Source: Ginglymostoma cirratum
Taxonomy: Eukaryota
Reading direction: 5' to 3'
NCBI GenBank assembly: GCA_024137785.1
Contig: JAHRHZ010000085.1
Location: 13,723,272-13,787,271 of the forward strand
DNA: 64,000 bases
Shown: positions 13,741 through 26,557 of the stretch, piece after piece
How the letters are laid out: each line of letters starts with the position of its first letter
How positions within the stretch are numbered: the stretch's first letter is position 1
The notes under the pieces: model-generated
What the model was told of the DNA's origin: nothing
What the model saw: the letters and a program-made list of their open reading frames with translations, nothing else
The model's database searches: none
Position numbers and translations under genes: made by a program

Positions 13741-14090
13741 GAGGTGGTAGTAGCATAGTGGTAATGTCACTGGACTAGTAACCCTGAACCCCAGACCCTT
13801 CCAAAGAAGGGTCTAGGCCTGAAATGTCAGCTTTCCTGCTGCTTGGCCTGCTGTGTTCATCCAGCTCTACACTTTGTTATCTCTAGTGATGACAATTGCT
13901 GATTATCATAAACCCAGTTTCAGGGAAGGAAATCTGCTGTCTTTACCTGCTCTAGTCTATATGTGGTATTGGATGCACAAAATGCAGTGGATTCTTAACT
14001 GTCCTCTGAAATTGTTCAGCGAGGCAATTAGGGATGGGCAATAAACTGTGGCCTTACTAGCAATGCCTAAACCCCACGAGTGAAGAAAAG
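13741..14090 (+). mobile_element. tRNA-derived SINE (family S)
   Basis: A-box-like tagcatagtggtaatgtcactggactagta, body tttcagggaaggaaatctgc, tail ggcaattagggatgggcaataaa. Confidence 0.78.
13793..13883 (+). mobile_element. Family A fold-back fragment nested in a SINE
   Basis: aagaagggtctaggcctgaaatgtcagctttcctgct...catccagctctacactttgttatctc matches 63106-63196. Confidence 0.75.
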
Positions 14091-15464
14091 TAAAATTTAT
14101 CACATCATCAATTCTTGTGTCATCTGTGAACTTACTGGTAAAACCTCCTACTAAATGGCTTCTTGCCACTATGCTAATTTATGGATCCAATTTGTCATAT
14201 TGCCCTGAATCCCATGGGCTCATAGCTTCTCAACCAGTCTATCATGTGAAATCTTGTCAAAAATCTTACTGAAGTCCATGTAGACTACTGCACTACCCTC
14301 ACCTATTTCTGGTAACCTCATCAAAAGATTTAATCATACCTATCAGACATGGTCTCGCCCAAAGAAAGCTATGACGACTTGTTTAATCCTTGCCTCTCCA
14401 AGCACAGATTAATTCTGTCCCTCAGAACTTTTTCCAATAATTTCTCTATCACTGATCGTAGACTCACAGACTTGTACTCTCCCGGTTTATCTCTATCATC
14501 CTTCCTGAATAATGGTACCATATTAGTTGTCCTCCAGTTCTCTGGCACTCCCACTGTGGACAGAGATGATTTGAAAGTTAATGCCCCACAGCAGCCTGGG
14601 AGTGATCTCATCTGGGCCTGGGGTCATATCTGGTAAAACCATTAATACCTCTTCCATTTCAATTGTAATTTGTTTAGGTGTATCGTGGTCCTCCATCCTG
14701 ATATCTATATCTGACATCATCTTTCTGTTAAGCTGAATATAGATGCAAAATATTCATTTAAAACTTCACTTACACTTTCCAGCATCAGATACAGTTTGCC
14801 ACTTTGGACCCTAATGGGCTCTACCTTTCCCAAGTTATCCTCTTGCCCTAATATACTTATAAAATGCCTTCTATTTACCTGCCCGTATTTTTTTATGCTC
14901 ACTCTTCACTTTTCTATTTTACACAACCCTGTATACTTTCTATATGCTTCTTGAGCTTTCAATGTTTCAAGTCCTTGCTCCTCACCCTTTTTATCGATGT
15001 CCAATCCTGTACATTCATCAGCATCCAGGGATCTCTGGACCTGTCGGTCCCATCCTACACCTTTGTAGAGCATGTTGGCCCTGTACTCTCAGTATTTCTA
15101 TTTTCAGAGACTCTCGTTGCTCTGATGCAGACTTTCCTACAAGTAGATTCACCCTGTCTACTTTAGCCAGATCCTATCTTGTCATGTTAAAAATCGGCCT
15201 TCCTCCAATTCAGAAACCTTATTTTCAATCCATCTTTGCCCTTTCACATGATAAGGTTATTTCTTAATAAGTTATGGTCACTACTACTGAAATACTCCTC
15301 CACTGACATTTCTATCACTTGCCCAACTGCATTCCCATCAAGTAACTAAATGAACTGGGAGATCCTTATTAAAGTATGATTTTCTACATTACAAGACATC
15401 CATTTTCTGCTGATAAACCATTATTACAGATATCACAGCAAATGGTTTCACTCACACCTGTGGG

Positions 15465-15712
15465 ACAGAGGGTCATAATTTCTGATCATGCTCCACAAAC
15501 TTGAGCACAAGGTCTATGTGAACACTCCACTGTCAGAGATGCCATCTTCTGGATGAAGCATTAAACAGAGTCCATCTACCCTCTCTAGTGGTGCATGCAG
15601 ATTGATATCATGTTTCCGACTTTACAACTGAGATATCAATTCAACGGTCCTTCTTTGGTTTTGGCATGTTTCGAACATTGGAAGGTGCTTTATAAATTCA
15701 AAATTTTCTTTT
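15465..15712 (+). mobile_element. Deu-domain SINE, decayed
   Basis: acttgagcacaa...gatgccatcttctggatgaagcattaaacagag...aaggtgctttataaatt. Confidence 0.55.
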
Positions 15713-16094
15713 TTATGATCATATTACAAGAAACAAACCTTTATAATTTTTACAGATATTTATGTCAAAATTGTTGATTTATTGTAATACCCCTTAATAT
15801 TTATCATTTGAATAAGGTCAGTGGATAAATTAGCTCTCACTTAAAAGCACTTTACCCTGGTCAATGAGACTATTTACATGTCAAGACTACAAATAGATCA
15901 ACAATTCAGGTATGATCCTTCTAAATCAATTTGTTATTCAGAAAGTAATATCTTACTTGAAACACCTGCAGTTATTTTTTTTTAAAAAAAAAGCTTATTC
16001 TCGCAAAGTAGCAGAGCTACGTAAATACATTCCTAACTGTGAACAATAACTTGAGTTTGCCTAACATTAGTAACTGCTAGGGTAAAACGGCATT

Positions 16095-16115
16095 TTCAGC
16101 ACCCTGGACAGAGCA
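16095..16115 (+). promoter_or_regulatory. REST/NRSF binding site (RE1/NRSE), intronic
   Basis: TTCAGCACCCTGGACAGAGCA versus consensus TTCAGCACCNNGGACAGNGCC. Both half-sites are exact with the canonical 2-bp spacer, and the site lies in unique-looking sequence inside a neuronal gene. Confidence 0.8.
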
Positions 16116-16212
16116 CAGTTCACTGACGCTCGCCATAGGGTTTTAATTGGTTTCTGGTTAACGACTCCCCTCCCTGCTGTTTTCTTGATTGAAGATCCTT
16201 GTAACAAGGGAG

Positions 16213-16226
16213 GTTGCTAGGGCAAG
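16213..16226 (+). promoter_or_regulatory. RFX X-box-like motif
   Basis: GTTGCTAGGGCAAG resembles GTTGCYATGGCAAC and lies ~100 bp from the RE1. Confidence 0.35.
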
Positions 16227-17219
16227 GCTAGAGCCACCCAGGGCATATTGTGACACAGCCAGGAGCAAGGATGTGAAACACTAGGATCTGCGACAGTTGC
16301 AAAGAGGAACTCGTTATTTGGAGTAACTGAATGAGGGACAGAAGTGAGATTCTGTTATGTTAGTTGAATATACAGAGTGATTATCTGTTCATTGGACTTT
16401 AACTGACCTGCAGACTTGAATCAAATTATGAACCTTAGCTCGTTCAGCGCATGAATGCACTCTTTCAAAAGACTGGTTTGGCCTGGGACTGGCAAATTAA
16501 TATTTTTCAAGGTTAAATTTGTTCCACCACAAACTCAAACCAGTAGGATCCTCCTGATGAGTCAACAGTCAAACACTGATGTTCAACAGCTTCTCTAGTA
16601 GATCTAACCAGGTGCTGCATATGATTGCTTGGTTCACTTTCAGTTAAATACAGAGTGGAAATCTCAACAGAGTTCTTTTTCCCTTTGTGTTATTGCATCT
16701 AGCAACTGATTCTCCTTTCCAATAACTCAAGTCTCTGAAAACATCATCAGAATTAAGCACAGCTTCATGGCAGGAAGATGAAGGCATGATTAGGTCAGTC
16801 GTGCTCTAATTGAAAGGTGCAAAAGGTACAAAAGGTTCAATGGCCTATCCCTGGTCCTATTTTTCATTTCAGCATTCTATCTCTGCTACCATCCACTGTA
16901 CTGTTCAAAGCTTTCTTCCCATTTCCACAAAACCTTTCTGATTTAAAGACAAATGACCGACCAGAGTCTGCATGCGCACACAGACACATGCATACACAAA
17001 CACACACACAGTAAAAGATTATGGTGATGATCATTCTGCATTCTGATAGCATCCAATTTAACTACAGATTTTGAGGTGTTAAGTGAAGTCACGTAAGAAG
17101 AGTGGTGCGATAGGCTAGAAAACATGAACATGAGTACTTTTATAGTCATCGAACGACACAGAAATCCTGCCAGTGCAGTGTACTATCCCAAAAGCTTGTG
17201 TGATATTTATCAATTGAGT

Positions 17220-17470
17220 CAGAGAGGTAAGGTCACTAGATTAGTAATCTAATGATCTGCATGGGTGCAAATCTCACCATGGCAGCTAGTGGAATTCATA
17301 TTCCACCATTTAAAATAAAATTGGATTTGAAAGTGAATCTCAGGAATGGTGATCTTGACAAACTATGATATTTCACTACTGCAAAACCCATCCTTTTCAC
17401 TAATATCCTTTAGGGAAGGAAATCTACCACCCTACCCAGTCTGGCCAACACGTGACTCCAGTCTCATGGC
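17220..17470 (+). mobile_element. tRNA-derived SINE (family S)
   Basis: ggtaaggtcactagattagtaatc...caccatggcagctagtggaatt...tcctttagggaaggaaatctacc. Confidence 0.72.
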
Positions 17471-17967
17471 TTTGACAATTCTGGCTACATTAATATAAGC
17501 AAGGCAACAATAATCTTTAGGATGCAATGTTCTATCACTTGCTCAATAATATCATCCTTGGATGCATTGCAATGAAGATCTCATTCCACCTTACCCCGAG
17601 GAGGGCAATGAAATTCAAGCTTAAGCAAATATTTGCAGGCAGCTGCATTAAAAAAGGCAAATACCCACTCAAAATTGGATGGCCAAAGGGGGCGTGGGAA
17701 GAGAATGTGATCCCAAATATATGATTCACTAGCAATATTCCACAACAAGTTGAAGGTGAATCCATGTCGAATCCAAGGTTAAAGGGAGTTTGTTTTATGT
17801 CCATCAGAGATAATTACAACCCACAAATATGTGAAAAATATTGTTCCAAAACCCAAGATAAGAGGAAAGAATCTAAGAAACTGCACCAAGCCGCCTCCTA
17901 CAGCAACAGGAAATGTTTAGAACTTTGCTGTTGGACTCGACTCAAACCCATGCTGCAGAGATGGATG

Positions 17968-19329
17968 TTCCAACAAGTGAAGGAAGGGGCTCTATCATAA
18001 CGGATTCTATTACATCACAAAGTTGATCAGACAGTTGTTGGATAGCAATATGAGCACAAGCCTGTTTTTATCCCTCATCTTTTGCTCAGTGAAACAAAAC
18101 CAGTCACACATCAGCCACCAGGACTGGCCTGGCTGAGTTCAACAAACTCAACCCAGAATCAGCTTCTAACCTGGAACATTTCCAATAGGTTTCATCAGGT
18201 GAGGTCACTTATCCTGACATATGAGTCAAATGAATATGATCAAATTGAGGTTCTTTTGTTGCGTCAACTCAGCTAGTCTGAAAAGTGAACATTAAACGCT
18301 CCTCCTGCATTCCTATTTTCCTTTCCTCAGTTGGTAAATCCAGCTCCTTTTGCTCAATTTTGTTTAAGGTAGTGGATTTAGAAGAATTGCTGATACAGGG
18401 TGTGACAATCTAATTTACCTTGATTGTTCACATTCAACTGCAGCATCTGGCATTCCAGGAGTTAATCTGCATGGCCTGGGTTTACCCATGGGATTATATT
18501 TCAGCAGTTAAGATTCACCTCAAAGCTTTAACAATCCTCTGATGCCTTACATTTGTTTGCAGTCCTGCATAAATACTATGTCCCCTCTCCAACCCCCACA
18601 TGGCTCTTCCAATACCTTGCTCAAGAGGCCTTTTTTGTCTGTTTGACTCAAGACATGAATGTTGAAGGCTACTTGTCAGTTAGACATTGCTATCCTCATT
18701 CCTACACATAGGGGAGGCAGTGATATGGTGGTAACATCACAGGGCTAGCAATCCAGACTAATGGCTCTGAGGTTTGAATGCCACCATGACAGATGGTGAA
18801 ATTAGAGTTCAATTAAAAATATCTAGAATTAAAAGCTAGCCTAATAGCTACCATGTTGATTATTACAAGAACCCATCTGGTTCACTACTGTCTTTCAGGG
18901 AAGGGAATCTGCTGACCTTACCTGGTCCGCCCTCATGTGTTTCAAGACCTACCTCAATGTGGTAGATGCACAACTTCCCTCTGGGCAACTAAAATGTACA
19001 GTAAATGCCAGCATAGCCATCTAAACCCATGTCCTGTGAGTTACTTCTTAAAAAAAAGTACAAGAGTTCAACTTTCAACAAGTGAAGGACGAGACTCAAT
19101 CATAATGGATTTTACTACATGAGGAAATTGGTTCGATTCCATGCAAGATAGTTACTGGAATTCAAACCTGTTTTTATCCATCATTCTTTTCTCACTGATA
19201 CGAAAGCCAATCACACATCAGCCACCAGAACTGGCCAGGCTGCAATCAGCAAATTCAATCCAGAATCAGATGGCAACCTGGGACCTGTAGGTGGATTCAT
19301 CAGGAGAGGTCACCTATCCTGACATATGA
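17968..19329 (+). repeat. Diverged direct repeat, ~257 bp (17968-18224 and 19073-19329)
   Basis: Collinear shared blocks caacaagtgaagga, cctgtttttatcc, tcacacatcagccacca, ccagaatcag and tatcctgacatatga. Confidence 0.88.
18711..19057 (+). mobile_element. tRNA-derived SINE (family S), near full length
   Basis: ggggaggcagtgatatggtggtaa...ggtttgaatgccaccatg...aacccatctggttcact...A-rich end. Confidence 0.8.
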
Positions 19330-20654
19330 TTTTGAGAAACAAGGTGGTAATTACTTAAAAAAGCACTGATGGGAAAGAGAAACTCAAAGCATTCTTTTTT
19401 TCCTACTCTCTATTGACAAATGACTATCTCTGTAAACACCTTAAAGACTGGATATCAAGTTCAGCAATTTACTTTGCATGAATTTTGAATTACCCTGATC
19501 TGTAACATATCTAGTCTCCCCAATCTTAGTGCGTCTCTAATGATCTTTCTGTTAAATACTCTGATAGTCCAATAGCTGTTCAATTTGGATTACATAGCTG
19601 GTATGCAGTGATAGTGAACCATATTGTTGTCCTCTTGTTTTCGCTGAAAGATATTTTGACTGGCTGTTATACATGTGAAAGATGCACAATACAACATTAA
19701 CAATTCCACTCTCAACAATACCTGTCCTTCAGGTTATGTGACTGGCTTAGCTGGCAGCGTCTCACTTCAGGTGCCTCACATACCTGCTTTTTGTAAGTAT
19801 GAAATACTTGACATTTTTTATTGGACATTTTTAAAAGCTCTTTTTAATTAAACAATATATGCTAAAAAACTAAAGTATTCATTAACAATTTGCTATTTTT
19901 GATAAAGATCAAAACTGCAAACACTTAACTGTAATAGAAAGAACTCAGAACTGAACAAACCAGCTAACAACACAGAAACATGCAATTCAGGCACACAGAA
20001 ATGGAGGGGAAATCAATACCAGGAACTGAATACAATGCCTATAATTTAAGAAATTCCTGTACAACTTCTATGTAAGTTGTTTCCCGTATGACCGCGATCA
20101 AGACTCCAAATTTAAAATAAAAATCAACCTGAGTCACTAACACAGCTCTCTTTAGATGGGAGGTGGGGGGGGGATGGAAAGATAGAGAGTTATTAATAAA
20201 CCAAAGTGAGAATTAAATTCTCCACACTCCTTCCTCAGCTAAGTGTGCTGCCAGGACACACTGTGAATAGGGACTTATCAGAAGTGTTATCACGTAGTGC
20301 TACAGCGGGATACAAATACAGAAATTTTCAAACATAACCCAGTACAGGATTATTTGTTGGAGGATGCTTGGCATTTGGGCAACAACATATCATGCATGAT
20401 TAAGTTGATATTTATTCAACAGAATTTTTAAATGTAGGGATCTACAGCTGTTTTCAAGAAGCATATATTTTTATGAAATTTACCCCCAAGTCTTTTGCTC
20501 ATACAATATGCAACATATTCCTAGGACACAGCAATGCCACTAGTGTGCAGGTATCACTCTGGCAGCCTGAAGACTGTAACTGAATCCCAACAATTCAACT
20601 CTCCCAATAATTCCACTTCATGTCAATATCTTCTCAACACACCTTCAAATACAT

Positions 20655-21065
20655 CAGTCAGAGAGTCATAGAGATGTGCATAGAGATATACGAAATAAAT
20701 CTAGTCCCATCTGCCAGCATTTGGCCCATATCCCTCTAAACCCTTCCTAATCATATACCCATCCAGATGTCTTTTAAATGCTGTAATTGTATCAGCCTCC
20801 ATCACTTTCTCTGGCAGCTCATTCCATACACAGATCACCCTCTCTGTGAAAAAGTTGCCCTTAGGTCCCTTTTAATTCTTTCCCCTCTCACCTTAAACCT
20901 ATGCCCTCTCCCCAAACCCAGGGAAAAGACCTTGACTGTTCACCCTATCCATGCCCCTCATGGCTTTATAAACTTCTATAAGGTCACCCCTCAGCCCCCA
21001 ACACTCCAGGGAAAATAGCCCTAGCATATTCAGCCTCTCCTTGTAGCTCAAGCTCTCCAACATTA
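20655..21065 (-). mobile_element. CR1/HER1-type LINE 3' end
   Basis: Tail agagtcatagag, then ...ctctctgtgaaaaagttgcccc..., the reverse of a CR1 ORF2 C-terminus and 3' UTR. Confidence 0.8.
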
Positions 21066-21189
21066 GCTATACTTAAGAGATAGGATGTTGCCAATCATAC
21101 CGTATCATACCAGTCTTCAGGAAATATTTTCTACATAACAGCACATGACATTTTTCAGATATCTCTGAACTACATTCTTTCACCCTTGG

Positions 21190-22560
21190 TAGGAGCAGAG
21201 GGAGGAGAAAACCTGATTACATAGGTACATTTTGATGAGGCTTTAAAGAAGGAAATGAAATAGCAAGTGATACGGGAAGAGCTCAGGGTGGTTATTGAAT
21301 TGGAATATGCAAGGGCTTGGTTATTGGCTATTGAAGACTATACACAGAATGATTATTTTTGTGCTTTTTACCAGAGTTGGAACGGTGAAATATATTTACT
21401 GAAAACTAGGGTTGCAAAAGGTTGTAGAAAATTAATGGAGCCTCAAACTAAGATGAAGACGAGGATGTTTGAAATTAATACTATGGGAATCAGTAGAGGT
21501 TGGCAAGGGAAGGAATAATAAGGGCAAAAGTCTCTAATGCATGGCAACATCACCACTATGGCTTTAAAAGGAAGTTGCAGCGGATGCTCAAGATCATTAA
21601 AGTCTCAGCCATCGTGAGGATGTGGTCAAGGTGTTACACTGAACACCTTCAGAAGTGAAATGAAAATATTTAGCTCTGAACTAAGCATAAGACTAGGGTT
21701 GCTCACTGTTGGGCTCAATTAAGGATAAAGAATGCACAAAGCAAAATTATAACCCAGGACACAATTTCTGATGGAAGCCAAACAGGATGACTTGAATTCT
21801 GGTGTTGACATAAGCTGAGTAAAGTTTAGGAGCATTCAGGACTTAGTGCCTAAAAGGCATCAGACTGAACAATTATTAGATTTAATCGTGGTACAGTTCT
21901 GAGCATCAGACAAACATATGTTTATGGTACGACCAGGCAGCAATATAAAATGATGAATAGGAGGGAACCAGAAATCAAACTTCTGGGCATAATAAAAACT
22001 AACATGTGTGTGACAGAAAAGTTGGAAAATCTGTTATTTTTTTCATTTGGTTAACTTAGGATGAAACCAGAAGAGTAAACAAATAGAAAAGAATGGTGAT
22101 TGATCATTTTATTCAGCGTTATTGTATTTCAAGCCGTGAAGAGACTAAGATGGAATGGAATACTCTAATCGTTAACATAGGTTGTCAATGAGAACTCTAA
22201 TTAAGAATATTTTGGTTAGACATTGAATGCACCAAACTGGATGACCAGAACCAGCAAATATTGGATGAGTTGGATGAAATGAATAGATACAAAGTAGTTA
22301 TTGGGAGGGAAGCTTGAAGGTGTGGTAAGATGACCTAAATGTTGGTCGGCATTTCAATGTTAAAAAGTATGAGCATTTTTCGGAGGAAGACAAAGCTGAA
22401 CAGAGTTGGGTGAGAGGACAATGAACAAGTGTTGCGCAGTAGATAGACAGCATTTAGAATCAATTCTGAAGAAGTCATCTACCATTAGCTCTTTCCTTCA
22501 GGTGTCAGAGGTGACAACGGAGCAAATAGGGAGGGAAGACTGAAGAAGGCTGTTTACTGT
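21190..22560 (-). mobile_element. Highly decayed L2-like LINE
   Basis: Purine-rich plus strand with motifs resembling reverse L2 ORF2 (gaggatgtttgaaatt, cagagttgggtgagagg). Confidence 0.4.
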
Positions 22561-23397
22561 AAACATTTTCTTTTACTATTGCCAACGGCCTCTCGCATGA
22601 ACTGGGATAGCAGGCTGTTTGGCCACATAGTATCCTCTGCATAACACTTCTAATTATATCCACAGAAACATCTTTTACAAAACACCTCTAATCACATTAC
22701 AGAGTCTTAAGGGAATATCCTCTACATAACAACAGTAATCATATCACCTCAGACTCAAGGGAGTTACCAGTTATAGAATACACGTAGTTGTGACCCATCA
22801 GATCTGGATGAACACTTTCTAATATTAACCCTTAGTTCAAATTCTTTTTCCATGCCCAGTGTTATAAGTTAAATTACACTGCATATGCTGTATTCTTAAA
22901 CACTGAGGCATCTCTCATGCCTGATTTAGTTAAGGCTATTTGTAAAATTAACTGTACAGATGCAAGTCATAAATTTATTCTCTATCCTGTGGTGAGGAAT
23001 CTGTGAAGAGCTTCAGTACTTTTGGATATGGAAGTTGATGACTGGCAGCATTCCTGCTCTTCTTAGTAATCAGTAACCCCTGTTGAAACTCTATGGGTGT
23101 GACCAGATAAGTTTGTGCTGTGCTCAGTTGGAAATGCACCCACCAGGCGACCAATTCTATCTGTGAAAACCCAGCCATGACCACTCAGGTGTGGTAGCAA
23201 GGGAATTTTGGCAATGGATCTGCAATCCAAAACAGAGTCAACATCACTACAGCCAAGGGGAGTAGGGGCGGAAAGAACACCAGAATAGGAGTAAATCTCC
23301 AGTTTGCTAAAATAAAGTAGGAATTATTATACTCTATAAATGTTTCAAGTTTTAAAAGGGAATGTTCCAGCAAGTTTTTAGCAAGTTACATTAAAGT

Positions 23398-23617
23398 AAA
23401 CAAAAAGCAGAAATTGCTGGAGAAACTCAACAGGTCTGGCAACATCTGTGGAGAGAAAGCAGAGCTAGCATTTTAGGTTCAACGATCCTTCTTCAGAGTT
23501 GTTCTAAAGAAGGGTCACTGGACCTGAAACATTAACTCTGCATTCTCCCCACAGGTGCTGCCAGACCTGCTGAGTTTCTCCAGCAATTTCTGCTTTTGTT
23601 TCAAATTTCCAGCATCC
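23398..23617 (+). mobile_element. Penelope-like fold-back element, family B
   Basis: ~100-bp imperfect inverted arms (23398-23497 and 23503-23601) with degenerate hammerhead cores at the axis, then tail caaatttccagcatcc. Confidence 0.8.
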
Positions 23618-24872
23618 ATACTTCTTTAGAAACAGGAGGTGGTCATTTGGCCCTTCGAACCTGCTCCGCCATTTATCATGATCATGGCCGATCATCCAAT
23701 TCAATAGCCTAATCCTGCTTTCTCCCCATAACCTTTGATCCCATTTGCGCCAAGTGTTATATCTAGCCGCCTCTTGAATACATTCAATGTTTTGGCATCA
23801 ACTATTTCCTGTGGTAATGAATTCCACAGGCTCACCACCCTTCTGGTGAAGAAATGTCTCCTCATCTCCGTCCTAAATAAGTCTATCCCGAAATCTCAGA
23901 TGGTGACCCTTGATTCTGGACTCACCCACCATCAGGAACATCCTCCACGCATCTATCCTGTCTAGACCTGTTAGAATTTTATACGTCTCTATGAGATCCC
24001 TTCTTAGTCATGTGAACTCCAATGAAAACAATTCCAACCTAGTCAATCTCTCCTCATACGTCAGCCCTGCCATCCCTGGAATCAGCCTGGTAAACCTTCA
24101 CTGTACTCCCTCGAGAGCAAGAGCATCCTTCCTCAGAAAAGGAGACCAAAACTGCACACAATATTCTAGGTGTGGCCTCACGAAGGGCCTGTATAACTGC
24201 AACAACATTTCTCTGCTCCTGTACTCAAAACCCCTCGTAATGAAGGCCAACATGCCATTTGCTTTCTTTACCGCCTGCTGCACCTGCATGCTTACCTTCA
24301 GCGACTGGTGCACAAGGACACCCAGGTCCCACTGCACACTCCCCTCTCCCAATTTACAGCCATTTTGGTAGCAATCTGCCTTCTTGTTTTTGGTTCCAAA
24401 GTGAATAATCTCATATTTATCCAAATTGCACTGCCATCTGCCACTGATCTGCCCACTCACCCAACCTGTCCAGATCATGCTCAAGGATCTCTGCATCCTC
24501 GTCACAATTTAACCTCCTATCCAACTTAGCATCATCTGAAAACTTTGAGATGTTACATTTTGCTCCTTCATCCAAATCACAAATATATATTGTAAATAGC
24601 TGGGGTCCCAGCACCGATCGCTGTGGCACCCCTCTAGTTACTGCCTGCCAATTTGAAAAGGACCCATTAATTCCTACCTTTTGTTTCCGCTCCGCCAACC
24701 AGTTTCCTATCCATCTAAATACACTTCCCCCATCCCATGTGCTTTATTCTTGCACAATAATCTCTTGTGGGACTTTGTCAAATGCTTTCTGAAAGTCCAA
24801 ATATACCACACCGACTGGCTCCCCCTTGTCTACTCGACTAGTAACATCTTCATAGAATTCCAACAGATTTGT
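23618..24872 (-). mobile_element. CR1-clade LINE, relatively young, frameshifted reverse-transcriptase region
   Basis: ORFs 24417-24698 (GVPQRSVLGPQLFTIYICDLD...SKFSDDAKL, the RT catalytic DD region) and 24098-24505 (VKKANGMLAFITRG...RPHLEYCVQFWSP). Confidence 0.93.
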
Positions 24873-25298
24873 TTTATTTTATACTCAAGTAAAATTGTGT
24901 TGGACAGGAACTGCACTCAAACATAAAAGCCAAGACTTGTATGCAAAACTAAATAATTCCAACCACTCTACAAATATACTTCCTTGAAGGATAAGGTTCA
25001 ATCATGCTATAAGAAATGACAATGCATCTTGGACAGTCCACTATACGTTTTACCCTAAAATTTCTGCGCAGATTGAATTCTTCTGTTATGGATTGTTAGA
25101 TTTTAGAACTTTAAACATTTCCAGACATAGCTCATATGTGGACACCAGGCAATTCAAAACTAAAATCTCATCATGATTCATTCGCTGAGATTGAACACTC
25201 CCTCTACTTCCAAATTAGAATTCTACCTCAAAACTAGTTACATTGCTATGTAGGCTTTGAAATTCTCAACCTTGCTGGAACTGTCCCTACACCAGGAT

Positions 25299-25806
25299 TA
25301 AGACCATAAGACATAGGAGTGGAAGTAAGGCCATTCGGCCCATCGAGTCCACTCCGCCATTTAATAATGGCTGTTGGGCATTTCAACTCCACTTACCCGC
25401 ACTCTCCCCGTAGCCCTTGATTCCTTGAGAGATCAAGAATTTATCAATCTTTGCCTTGAAGACATTTAACGTCCCGGCCTCCACTGCGCTCCGTGGCAAT
25501 GAATTCCACAGGCCCACCACTCTCTGGCTGAAGAAATGTCTCCTCATTTCCATTCTAAATTGACCCCCTCTAATTCTAAGGCTGTGCCCACTGGTCCTAG
25601 TCTCCCCGCCTAACGGAAACAACTTCCCAGCGTCCACCCTTTCTGAGCCATGCATTATCTTGTAAGTTTCTATTAGATCTCCCCTCAACCTTCTAAACTC
25701 TAATGAATACAATCCCTGGATCCTCAGCCGTTCGTCGTATGTTAGGCCTACCATTCCAGGGATCATCTGTGTGAATCTCTGCTGGACACGCTCCAGTGCC
25801 AGTATG
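25299..25806 (-). mobile_element. CR1-clade LINE 3' end, young
   Basis: Open ORF2 C-terminus (ALERVQQRFTQMIPG...SLEFRRLRGDLIETYKIM...FFSQRVVGLWNSLP) and tail taagaccataagacatagg. Possible TSD gattaa at 25296-25301 and 25806-25811. Confidence 0.93.
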
Positions 25807-26557
25807 ATTAATATTACTGATGGTTGGCACACAGTCAACTAACTATTAGCAATTTCTCGTAAGTAAATGCAGCATGTTGACCAGATGGACTGGTTCACAA
25901 AATGATTAGGAACAGAATCTGGGCTAAATTCCTGTCCAGCAGAGACAGAAACTTAGCTTGTGCATTAACCGTGCAACTTAGTAAACCCAAATTTGTTAAA
26001 GTGAATGGATCACCAATATCTTAGTTCTCCATGAAACAAACATAACTTTGTTGAAATGTAACACATGCAAAACGTTTAGGTCAGCGTAAGCACTTCCACA
26101 GTTGATTCGTCAATTCGCTTTATTGATAGTCATTGTAAGAAGATGTGAGTTAGGGCAGGTAGAAAGTTGCATCATGTCCATTTCATTTTAAATTCTAAAC
26201 CTAACCAACCACAATGGGGTGGTTCAGCAGAAACAGTAAACATTCAAAAGAAACATGCCCAATCAATCTACACTCAAAATTTGTTTTGTTTTTGAGATTC
26301 CCCTAACACCACAGACTCTTTTATTGCAGGCTGTTTCTTTGAAAAGTAGATTCCAATACCCAAATGCTGTCTTGAACAAGAACTTCATAAATTTCAATAA
26401 TTCCCATTTACATGTGCCAACATCTACCATACACAACCCCAGTTTTACAGCTTAATGCTAATGTTGCCCTGGTTTGATCTGGTTCATTTATACAGATTTT
26501 CCTGCCACGGCAGGTTGCTTCATCCATACGTTGTTTTACGTATTTTTGACACCTTAC

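Larger units (their letters stand above)
12903..15345 (-). mobile_element. CR1-clade LINE, decayed ORF2, interrupted by a SINE at 13741-14090
   Basis: ORF fragments 'VPENWRTTNMVPLFRKDDRDKPGEYKSVSLRSVIEKLLEKVLRD', 'SKFTDDTRI' and 'EVLNEYFASIFS' are typical CR1 ORF2/RT motifs. Confidence 0.88.
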
